A DNA stretch of 64,000 bases from Paraphysomonas bandaiensis (Eukaryota > Protista > Chrysophyceae), in NCBI GenBank assembly GCA_965644295.1, contig CBFFRP010000412.1:124001-188000 (forward strand), written 5' to 3'. The position numbers and the translations under genes are program-made. Positions 12,469-22,727 of this stretch are shown piece after piece. Each line of letters opens with the position of its first letter. The stretch's first letter is position 1. The notes beneath the pieces are model-generated. The model was not told the DNA's origin. It saw only the letters and a list, made by a program, of their open reading frames with translations, and searched no databases.

Positions 12469-12530
12469 TATTGAATGTCTTATTGTTTAGCAATAGGCGT
12501 TGAAAACCTGCACCAATTAGTGGCTAGAAG
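12469..12530 (+). repeat. Partial copy A of the ~125-bp terminal-repeat family
   Basis: TATTGAATGTCTTATTGTTTAGCAATAGGCGTTGAAAACCTGCACCAATTAGTGGCTAG is the reverse complement of about 27986-28045. Confidence 0.7.
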
Positions 12531-13058
12531 AATACTAAACTGTGTCTATAAAAGCTATATATCAATCAGTCGATTAGTAATATATAGTGTCATAGTTGAT
12601 GAATTTGGGAATTTATTGTCATTTAAGGTATAATTTCTGTAATGGCGTTGGACGCAGAGCCACCTTTATACTCTATACCAAGGCCTGGTAACCGTTAATG
12701 GTTCATTAATAGTTGTGTCAATGACTAACTAGATAATATCACTCATGATATTTTGTGTGATACCACATTACTGACTAATTAGCTAATTAGGTTACATAAC
12801 AGACTACTTGTAACTACACGTCATCATGATCTTCTTGCAACCAATGTTGTTATCACTATGCCTATTAGCTTTTGAACATTTTGTTAGCTTATATCGTAAG
12901 AGAAGTTTTAAAGAAGTAATACTGTAATTCTATGTAGGTACGATTATTATACCTACACAATTGTGTGTTGTCATGTAAAATATATCAACAACAAAGTAGT
13001 ATAATGTATAATGTATATTACTTTCATGTCAACCAGGGCTGCGATTTGCAAATTGCAA

Positions 13059-13600
13059 CCCTCGTATTCCACTGGTGTCTAACTACACACTCTCTTCCAT
13101 GTGTTCTCTGCAACTGGTTAAGGGAGCTAAATAGCCGATTCCGATGTTTCTTCACAGTAGATCAACACCTTTTGCATGACCTTCATCCGCATACCTCCGA
13201 GCCACTTGGCACAATGCCTAAGGGAAGGACACCAGATCGCCAAACTTAGAAGAGTATATTGCTGCTTCCCCTGGTTGCCGTGAGGCACATAAAGCAGTCC
13301 CAGATGCAAACTGCACAAAATGTATGTGTAGTCATAAGTGTTCCAGTATGGTAGTAGTTGATTTTTAGATCACTGCTTACATACAACGTCCCTACATACA
13401 CATCTGTCATTTAGCCAGAATGGTCGCACCTTGGTGCTTGCGGTGACGCACAAGCAGTTCTCGTAGCGTTAAATAGTAGGATATTAGAGTTTACACTAGT
13501 TGTAAATTGTAGATGCTTTTCAAGCTTGACTAGTTTGTCCACCTTGTACTAATCTGGTTCAGACTTTTAACGCCTATTGCTAATAATAAAACTTTCAATA
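13059..13600 (-). mobile_element. Copy B of the terminal-repeat family (repeat 13474-13600, leader, truncated interior), nested in the hAT left end
   Basis: Leader GGTCGCACCTTGGTGCTTGCGGTGACGCACAAGCAG..GTAGCGTTAAA is followed by TAGTAGGATATTAGAGTT...AACGCCTATTGCTAATAATAAAACTTTCAATA. It interrupts the hAT subterminal TTGCAA(TT) sequence. Confidence 0.7.
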
Positions 13601-13679
13601 ATAATTAAATTGCAATTAATTGGCAATTATTTACTATTTTGTATAAGGACATAATATTAGGATTAGAACTTAACACCAG

Positions 13680-14416
13680 AATGCATTTCAAGAGTGTTTT
13701 TTTTCCACTGGAGGACTTTGATGATGGCCGTCATAAATGGGAATGCAGATAATGGCAAAAATCGTATCCGCGACAGAGAAAAGCAGGATGGTCCAACTTG
13801 GCTTAGCAAGCAAAGCCACACGAAGGCTGGGATGCCAAGAGGTCAGGACAGCTTTATGTGGACCTAATCTCATGAATTCTTATGTTGAGTGAAAATTTTC
13901 TTCTTCCTTTTATAATGCGTTCAGATGGTTGGGGAGTGGAAAATTATGGAGGACCTTCCATTTTCGTGTGTGGAGACAGTCTTGACGAGAAAGAATACCA
14001 ATATGAAGAAACACAACCATAAAATATCTGGATGCTGTTGTTGTGAAAGTCCAACGTGGATTAGAGAACACTCTCACTCGACCTGAGAAGGCGCAGCTCA
14101 AACGTTTTCTGTTGGACAAAACTGATGAAGAAGAAAAAGAAGTTGGACTCACTGATGAGAAGACACCAAGCTCACAAAGAAAAAAAGCGACTACGCACGA
14201 CTAAACCAACTAACCGAATAGTACTTCTGCTTGAAGCATATTTGCTCCACTATTAATTGTGTAGAAAGGCTTTTCAGTACAGCAAAAGTCAACATGTGTG
14301 ACCTGCGCAAATCCATGGCACCTCATCGATTGGAGCACCTTATGCTCTTGCGCTTTAATAGACATCTGTGGAATGCAAGTACAGTTGAAGATGCTATTCG
14401 TGCTTGTAATGAGTAG
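13680..14416 (+). pseudogene. Decayed hAT transposase (C-terminal dimerization domain)
   Basis: 14231-14416 encodes STINCVERLFSTAK..RKSMAPHRLEHLMLLRFNRHLW, the typical hAT dimerization motif. The upstream part is interrupted by stops and frameshifts. Confidence 0.8.
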
Positions 14417-14868
14417 CTAATTTAATTACACAATAATTGGCAATTAAATTGTAAATACTTTTGAGCAATTAAATTGCAATTATTAGCTACAGATCGCGCA
14501 ATTATAATTGCTCAAAAACTTTTGCAAATTTATTGCAATTAATTGTTGCGCAACCCTGATGTCAACTGCTGAGCAACTTCCGCATCTTGAATTGTCGTGA
14601 TACTACAGTTTCACAATTATTAACTATTTCGACAACCTTTCTATTCCCTATGCAATATTAGCAATGAAGATTTTCAAACGAAATATATTGATTAATATTA
14701 TGTAACTAAGAATGAGCTCTATTACTAATTTAAGCATAAAAGATATGTGAGAGGTAACATTCCACAAATCCATAGCACTATTATATCTCAGCCCTCCAGA
14801 ATCTCATATCCAATTTTCGCGTGTTCCAAATGTACAGTGTCCATATCAAGCTATTGGTCACCTATTGC

Positions 14869-16142
14869 CTAGAGTTTGACTTTATATATGTCCTGTACTC
14901 CTTGTCTCTCCAATCGTCGGACTACCTCCTTTTTATCCCTGATATTGAGTCCCAAATCATTCTTAATTTCCACTATCTCTTCAGACAAATCGCTGTGCAC
15001 AACCAATACGCGCTTGCAGGAGGAGTTTTCCGCAGCCCCCTCACCTCCACTAATGTGCCAGGCGTTACGCATCATCAACTCGAAGTAGTCGTCATCATCG
15101 ATAGACATACTAATTCCTGATCAAAATACTGCTATTATGCTATACAATGGAAGGTAGAGAATAACATACCCTTATAGTAGTCCAAAAACTCTGGCCAAGT
15201 CACCTTCCCGTCTACATCACCACCCTGCTCGAAAACCGCAAGCATCTCCTCAGCCGCTTCGTCAGCAGACATAACTCCCCCTTGACACAAAAAAACACAT
15301 CAACATTCGAATAAGCAGGTATTGAACGACCTACCGATGACATTGGGGTGGGTAGAATAGTCGTAGTTGTTAAGTATGTCCTCGACAGAGATCACACCAT
15401 CCCCAGAGGCATCCATTAGGTTGAATGCCTGTCTCACCAGTTGTTTCCGCTCGTACGACATACCGCTCTGCAAGTTGGTACAATAAAAAACAATAAAAAA
15501 TAAAGCACCCAACAAGAGGTTTACCTTCAGTCCGCGCATGAACTCGTCGACGCTCACCTTTCCGCTGCGATCGCGATCAAAATGATTAAACAATATCTGC
15601 ATCTCTGATGGTGATACGTTTCTGATTCCATATTCACGAAGTCCGTGCATAAGTTCTCCCTGATCAAGAGTTTTAGAGCCATCAGTATCCATTCGCTTCA
15701 AAATACGAGTAACATTATGGAGGCCGCTGGCGCCATCTTTGTCTAGTATTCTTGCTTTAACCTTTTCCACTATGTTTCTAGCGTTAACATCAAGTGATGG
15801 TTTATTTCCCAGTCCAAATAGGTGATATGAAAACTCTTTATAGTCGATTTCGCCAGAAGCATCATCATCGTAACGATTAAACAGTGCTTCCGTTTCACGC
15901 TGGACGCCAACAAAGTTAAACTTTGTCATCGCAGCAACAAACTCAGAGTAGTCGATATTCCCACTGTCATTTTCGTCAAAATACTTAAAGCATTGCTCCA
16001 ATTTTCTAGCTCTAACTTCAGGGTCAGCAAACCCTGTCATAACTTCAATTTTTTCCTTTAATCTTCTTTCGAGATCGTCAGCTTTGGCCTCTATATCAGA
16101 GCGGGATTTCTTCTGAGTATTACGAAAATTTCGAGAAGACAT
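14869..16142 (-). CDS. Calcyphosin-like EF-hand calcium-binding protein, 4 exons
   Basis: EF loops DENDSGNIDYSEF, DDDASGEIDYKEF, DTDGSKTLDQGEL, DRDRSGKVSVDEF and DASGDGVISVED, plus the calcyphosin signature SIDDDDYFELMMRNAWHI. Confidence 0.9.
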
Positions 16143-16602
16143 TGTTACAGTAATACTATATGTTGAACTCAAAGACACTGTTTAATTAATTGTACTGAGT
16201 AGATGTGATAATTTCTATGCTTTCTGCTGTTTTCAAACCAGTTCTGTTACACTCATATGATATATACGCATAGATACATACACTAAATACGTAACATCAA
16301 CGAACATATTTTCTCTGTCAGCAGATAGAGGCATGCTGCATGGGTGAAGGTATGAAGTGAGTATACCGCCGTATATGGTATATTGTGATTTGTAACCGTC
16401 AAAAGTAACCGACTGTAGCATCACCAACAGCAGACAATTACCTGCATACGGCCCAGAAGGGAGTATCTTGAAGGGACGCACAGCACAACTGTCGCACACA
16501 ATGGCCAAGTTTTCTTGGTCAGAATTGATGGTAACAAGGAGCCATTCAGTTCTTGCATTACAGTTATTATTTGCCACTTACTAGCATACCAAATTAGTTA
16601 AA

Positions 16603-16981
16603 ATGGGAGACGTTGCCAAGGGAGCTAAGATCTTTAAGACCAAGTGCGCTCAATGTGAGTATGCATTGTTGCACTCTTGTTGCTTGTATTTGCAGTACGC
16701 TTACGTATTGTATTGTAGGCCACGTTGTGGAAGCCGGTGCTCCTCACAAGCAGGGGCCTAACCTCAACGGTCTCTTCGGAAGAAAGACCGGTCAGGCTCC
16801 TGGATTCTCTTACTCTGCTGCTAATGTCAACAAGGGAATTACTTGGAGTGAGGAGACCCTCTTCGATTACCTTTTGGCCCCCAAGAAGTACATCCCAGGA
16901 ACTAAGATGGTTTTCGCGGGTATTAAGAAGGCCGATGAACGCAACGACCTCATTGCATACCTTAAGGAGGCGACTGCTTAA
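16603..16981 (+). CDS. CYC1: Mitochondrial cytochrome c, 2 exons
   Basis: [17 protein letters not shown]|CH carries the CxxCH motif split by an intron at 16655-16718. Also [10 protein letters not shown] and [10 protein letters not shown]. Confidence 0.98.
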
Positions 16982-17551
16982 TTGATGTTGAGTTACGAAT
17001 TGACAAATCGTTAGTAATAGAGAATGCAGTGTCTGCATTATTTGTCCTCCTGTAACTTATTGTTATGGTTGTTGTAAATCAATTGAGTTGTATGCTACGT
17101 TTCTGTTTCTAACAGTGCAAGAGAGAATATTCACATGATATCTACTTAGAAGCTTTTGTGCAGACATAGTTTTATTGTAGGGCGCTGCGGTGTACCTGTC
17201 CATTGTCCAGATTTTCCACCTCGCTGCAATGATTACACTATCATCAAATAAGGTAGTGAAATCTTTATTAAGAAGTGTACCGTTGAATAGATAAAAAATG
17301 TTATCACATTCATTGTTGAAGTTAGCTTCTTATGAAGTAAGACTTGAACTTGCTTTGTAACGCACAGTGGTTACTTGTGAGATATAGGACGTACATAGTG
17401 TTTGGTTAAAAAATAGTCGCATAGCACCTTGTTTAATGGTTTGTGTATATTTAGTTAGAAAATGGTTAGCTCTTGTGAGCAGAACCTTAAGTCTGGTGAA
17501 TACGATAGAAATTTATGCCCCACCGACAGCGTAGCCAAGGCGTACACACCT

Positions 17552-17880
17552 TACTCTCAACAAAGTCGGACTCGTATCTTTTCGTGGTGTTCTAGCGGAT
17601 AAGTACCGGAGATATTTACCCCAAAAACTTACGTGAGCCGCATATATCATATATAGTCAGTAGATATGTAGATTTTGCTCTGCTCACTAATAGCCAAATG
17701 CATGTGTGGTACAAGGGACACTAATAAGTGTCAGTAGACGTCTTTGGGCCTTGACGAATAAACAGGCATCCGGGAATAGGCCCACCTCAAGGGCATTTGG
17801 GGGTATTGGGCTTCGTACTGAAGTCAAGCATCCGGGAATGGGCCCACTATAAGGGAATCCGGGTTATTGGGATTGTTATA
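17552..17880 (-). repeat. 3' interior segment of the terminal-repeat element family, inverted relative to about 19050-19354
   Basis: About 300 bp of reverse-complement similarity, e.g. CAACAAAGTCGGAC / GTCCGACTTTGTTG and GTGTGGTACAAGGGACACTAATAAGTGTCA. It has internal GCATCCGGGAAT..GGCCCAC..AAGGG tandem units. Confidence 0.85.
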
Positions 17881-17994
17881 GAATATGCACAAGAGTATTA
17901 TTATATTACTTATGTTTTTACGCATGAATCGTCTCCTCTGGAATGAAATGACAGTTGAGGTAGCTATATTGGCAGCTAGTGTTGTTTAGTACTA

Positions 17995-18096
17995 AATAAT
18001 TGCAATAATTGAAATTGAGACAGCAAGAAATAATTGCAATTATAATTTACTTCAACCAGCGTCAATTAATTGTCAATTAATTGATACGCAGCCCTG
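17995..18096 (+). mobile_element. Isolated right end of the same hAT family
   Basis: AATTGCAAT-rich subterminal motifs end in CGCAGCCCTG (18087-18096), the exact reverse complement of the TIR at 13034. No matching TSD was found. Confidence 0.7.
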
Positions 18097-18133
18097 ATTG
18101 TCCTACCTTAACAACAGAGTGCAAGTGTAGTAA

Positions 18134-19418
18134 TAGTAGGATATTGAAAATCTGATTATTAAGAAGCGCAAGCTTGTGCGTTGCCGCGACCAACCTAACA
18201 ACTCGCGCGACACTATGCATAACATGACTCTCATCTAGTTACTATTGCATGCACCGACAAGTGCTCAACTATACAACACGATTTAGTTAGCTACATGGGC
18301 ATACGACGAGTTGCGTGTTTAAGCCGGATCATACGCTCCTGCCCAATCTACTTGTCCTAACACAAACAACTTGCGGTCGGTGTCTTCGGCATATGTCTCC
18401 TGTATATGCGGCAGATCTTTAGGGCCCTCTTCAAGGTGGTGTTCACAGCAGCAGGTAGTCTGGAAGGGAGAATAAAGTAGCTCTATAGCGCCGGGTCCTC
18501 CCACGGTCACGAAGCGGTCTCACTGGTGCAATTTTGCACACTGACGCATGAAACAGACATCTACCAAAATCTGTTACAAATTCAAGCTGACTCCAACGTC
18601 TTCCCTCCATTGTGTGCACTCGTCCAGCACATGCATCCACCTTGCACTCTTCTCCCGAGTGACTTACACTAGTAGGAAACCGTGCACCTTCCCCGCTCGG
18701 ATGAAAACCTACTAAGCAAGAATAACATAAAAGCACCACAAATGTACCTGACACTGCTTGGAGAACAGTGCCAGAGCCTTGATATAATCTCAATGACCTG
18801 GGTCAGGAGAAACCAAGACTAGGCAGTAGACGTGTGAGAAGACATGACAGGTCTAATCACATCATTGCCATTGCCATGCATCCATGAGGAAAGTTTGACG
18901 CATTACCTCGGTCATTGGCCACACAGATACCGAATAATGTGAACTCATACTCAGCATCAATCACTCAAAGCAAACGCAGGGAGCAAGCAGAATGTTGATA
19001 TACCTGACATCTGCTGACTTCAGGTGTTTTGAGTCTTTAAGGTGAACATCCCGGATGCTTAACTTCAGCAGGCAGCCTAATACCCCGGTTACCCTTCTGG
19101 TGGGCCCTGTCCCGGATGCCCTTGAGGTGGGCCCATTCCCGGATGCCTGTTTATTCGTCAGGGCCCAAAGACGTCTACACAAGTGACACTTATTAGTGTC
19201 CCTTGTACCACACAAGCATTTGGCTATGAGTGGGCAGAACAATATCTGCTGACTATGTTTGCGGCTCACGTTAGTTTCCCAGAGAGAATCTCTCCGGTAC
19301 TTATCCCCCAGAACACCACGAAAAGGTGCGCGTCCGACTTTGTTGAGGGAGTAATAGTAGGATATCAGAGTTAAGTGCCAGTTAGTTAAGTTGTTCTGCT
19401 ACATTAGATCATTCACTA
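18134..19418 (+). mobile_element. Copy C: internally deleted LTR-like element with apparently inverted terminal repeats
   Basis: Left end TATTGAAAATCTGATTATTA is followed by the leader GCTTGTGCGTTGCCGC. At the right, the purine tract GAGGGAG (19345-19351) precedes TAGTAGGATATCAGAGTT...CATTCACTA (19355-19418). Confidence 0.6.
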
Positions 19419-19803
19419 CACAAATATTACACGGGACCTCTCGTAGCTAAGCATGACAATTCAAGAAATTTGCGTATATTCTAGCGAGTGGTGCTTGTCG
19501 GCTCTCCATTGAAAAATACGCGAATTCTAGTTAGTATTGTGTAGGAAAATCAAGGCGTTGCCTTGGCCCCCTTCTCTCTCCAGTGCGCGAGGTTTCTCGT
19601 TATCGTGTACGGGCCACACTAGTATAGCGCTACTGAACTACTAGAAACAGTTACATAAAAACGATTCATTCATTATATGTATATAATTGTTATTCCTAGG
19701 CTACAGTCTTGACATCCATATTCGCATCATACATACCATTATGCAACTACTATCGCATTTACTACACAACCACGGTTTATAGTATATTGATCTTAATGGT
19801 TGG

Positions 19804-22217
19804 CTACTTCCACTGGGGTTTCACAGGAACAGCATCCTCAACGCTTCTAGCTGCCTTCACAACGGACAGACTCTTTGCAATACGTTTCACGTAAGCTGGA
19901 CAGTCCTTTGTACGAGGGGTAAATGTGCAATCCTTAAGCTCCTCTTGGGCCTTCATCTCCAGTATACGCGCACGCTCCGCCTCCTGTTGCTTACGCTCGA
20001 TCATGTGTCTCTCCAAGAAGCCCCCAGGGTTGTCCTTTAGCTGTAGCGCGGACCGTGCTGGACGATGCTTATTGACATTAATGGCAGGCTGAAAAGTCAA
20101 ATTTTGCAATTCTTCCTGTTCAGTGCGCAGACGCAGAATTCGCTGATTGGTTTCACGTTTGTGTAGGTCTCCGCGGCTCATTTCGTACACAGATCTAGGT
20201 CTCATGCGCTGCGCTTTTGTGGATAGCTCAGGCTGGAATGAGCACTCACTATCGACGGCACGACCAGTGATCTTCTGTGAGGTCATTTCCCGTCTCACCA
20301 CGTCTTGCTGAACGCGGTCCATAAAACCTCCCTTCTGAGACTCCTGTACTATGCGTGTAGACTTGCGATTTACGCGGGGGCGGAAGTTAGGTGTGCTACT
20401 CCGGGTTAGCTACAAGGTCAGCACATGATTACGGATCATGTAGTTGTATATTTTCTCACCTCCTCAGCTTTCTTTTGTTTACGAAGAATTGTCTGAGTCT
20501 GTCTGCCAAGAAAAGCATTGAAGTTCTGTTTCCTGGCTTCCCGTTCTTCTTCAGTTAGTGACTCCCCAGCGGTTGATCCAGCTTTCGACCGACCCGTTCT
20601 GGGAGCAGAATGGGGGCGACGCCGTTTGTCAGAGGGAGTGTTGTATGGCCCTGCTATAAATTGTTTTACTAAATATATTTGAGTTTCACAAGGAATACCA
20701 CCTCCATTCTGTTGCAGGCTTCCCATAAAGGACGCCACATCCATTACAGGCCTCTCCCGGTCAAAAGACGCGCCTACATCGAAATGTCTATCCTCATTAC
20801 TGGGAGACGGCGGGGCATCAGTAGTAACGGGTTTTGTCAGTCGGTCTACCACGTCCATGCTCACATAGAGTTTAGCAGAGCTCATATTTCTCCTAACGCC
20901 CTTAACCTATAAGTTGGATACTATAAACTGGCAAAACAGAAGAGTGATCAAAGGTACCTTAGGTGTGAATGTGCAGTCCTTTGGAGGTGGTACGACCCTT
21001 TCAGCGACCTCTTTTGCCGTAGGCGCCTTGACTTTGTCATACTTCGTCTCTACGTATGAGTATCCACTGCGTCGAGTTGCCACTCGGGGCTTGAACGTAC
21101 ATTCCTGCTCTTGCGCTTTAGCTTCTCGCATTTGCTCCTCCTCAATGAACCGAGCTCGATGCGAAGAGGTCAGTGCGCTACTTTCATACAATCGTAGCGT
21201 CGTATCCTTTCCTGTTTCCCCGCGAGCCATCTTTACCGACCTTGAAGAATTTTTGTTGACTTTCGGGCGGAATGTACAACCCTCTACTTCCCCTTGGCTG
21301 CTAATGCTCCGACGCCGAGTGGCCTCGATTTCTTTCTCTCGCTGCCACCGCATAACGCGCTCGTAGAACTGTGTATCTTTGTCCTTAGCCGGGCCGTAAG
21401 ATGCTGGTAGCGGTTTAACTTTCGGAGCGAAGGTGCACTCTTTGAACATTTCGGCCCTCGTGGCGGCCTCCTGTTGGGCAATTTTATGGGCCCTCAAATC
21501 AGAAACGCGGGAATCGTCCTGCGCTCGACGGGAAAAGGAGGCGGAAGAAAGGTATTGTGTTGGACGCTGTGCCCTACCAGCAGATTGTGGACGAGAGCTA
21601 CGACTACGAAAACCACTGGATATACTGCTGGCACCATCAGCAGTGAATTCATAGGTGTGGCGATACTCTTCCCCACCGGCAGACTGAGGAAAATGTTCGG
21701 GGCTGCCGCTGCCGAAAGAGGAATGAGACATACGGCGGTCGAAATCCTCCTGGCGTTCGGATGCCCGGGTTTGTTCAGGGTAGTCATATTCCGGAAACTC
21801 TGATGGCTGTTGCTTGTACTCGGGACCCTGGAGCTCTTGTGGATCGAAATCAGACGAACGCATCACTCTGTCTTGACGTTTCTTTTCAATCAATTTATTA
21901 ATCAGTAAGCGACGATCTTCCTTCGAAAATCTAGGTGTTGTAGAACTGTTGCTAACATGACTATGCGGGGAAAACTCAACAGATTCAGTGGGCATCGGGG
22001 GTGGCAGTGGGTCTTCATCAACCTCTTTTATATTAGGCGAACTGTCCTCTTTGTCTTTATCTTTAACAGGATGTTTTAACATATGGCGAAGTTCGTTAAA
22101 AGCATCTGATTTATTTATTTTCCCAGACTTCACTAGATTCACTATATCTCGAATATTACTCTGTGTGGCAGCTGTCCCACCCATTTCTTCTCTCGTATCA
22201 CTCATCTCTGTCGGCAT
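19804..22217 (-). CDS. Uncharacterised low-complexity/coiled protein with repeated (E/D)CTFxP motifs, 4-5 exons
   Basis: ORFs 20907-22217, 20436-20885 and 19804-20322 join through introns. Motifs: ECTFAPK, GCTFRPK, ECTFKPR, DCTFTPK, ECSFQPE, NLTFQPA, DCTFTPR. Confidence 0.8.
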
Positions 22218-22727
22218 GAGAGTATATATGAAATCAACGGATATATCAATATAACAGTAATATCAATTAGATAAATATGAAAAGAAATTATAAAGGCATA
22301 AATTGCCCTTTGAACATGGTGTAATCTATGTACCTGTAAGTCAATATAGTAAATGAGTTGTTGTATATATAGGGCCTTATGTGTAATATATCTGCTCATA
22401 GCACTCACATCGTCATATTTTTCAACTGTCAAAAACACTCAGATTTTATGCATGTGTGTGCATCAACCACCATTTCATACACAAGATATCACCAGCAGCA
22501 CAATCATACTACAGTTGTCCTCTGTACTGTACTATGTCTGTAGTTTCGGTATACAGATTGTCAATCACATGCATGACTGTTGAATTGTACACTGCGCTGT
22601 CCACATCTAGGCATCCCATCCTACATCATCACATGAGAGTCTTATTGGATATACCTCACTAACCCCAATCGTATTACATTACATACAGCTAGATTATACT
22701 AACACTATTATATTCCCTTTCGATACA

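Larger units (their letters stand above)
13034..14558 (+). mobile_element. Defective hAT DNA transposon with TIRs and 8-bp TSD
   Basis: TIRs are CAGGGCTGCG (13034) and CGCAACCCTG (ending 14558), a 9/10 match. The identical flanking 8-mer ATGTCAAC sits at 13026-13033 and 14559-14566. Subterminal regions are rich in TTGCAATT. Confidence 0.9.

Noticed and set aside
13416-13480. Leader hairpin read as a Helitron end, tRNA or hammerhead ribozyme
   Set aside because: There is no terminal CTAG and homology continues into the repeat. There is no cloverleaf and no CUGAUGA..GAAA core.
17175-17190. TAGGGCGCTGCG as the left TIR partner of the hAT end at 18096
   Set aside because: The TIR match is poor and there is no 8-bp TSD matching ATTGTCCT.
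17765-17865. Short spaced repeats (GCATCCGGGAAT..GGCCCAC) resembling a CRISPR array
   Set aside because: There are only 2-3 degenerate units inside a eukaryotic TE fragment, with no unique spacers and no cas genes.
18500-18540. T-K-R-S-H-(T)-G-A-I-L patch resembling Copia RNase H
   Set aside because: It needs a frameshift and has no supporting flanking motifs, so it is too weak to assign the element to Copia.
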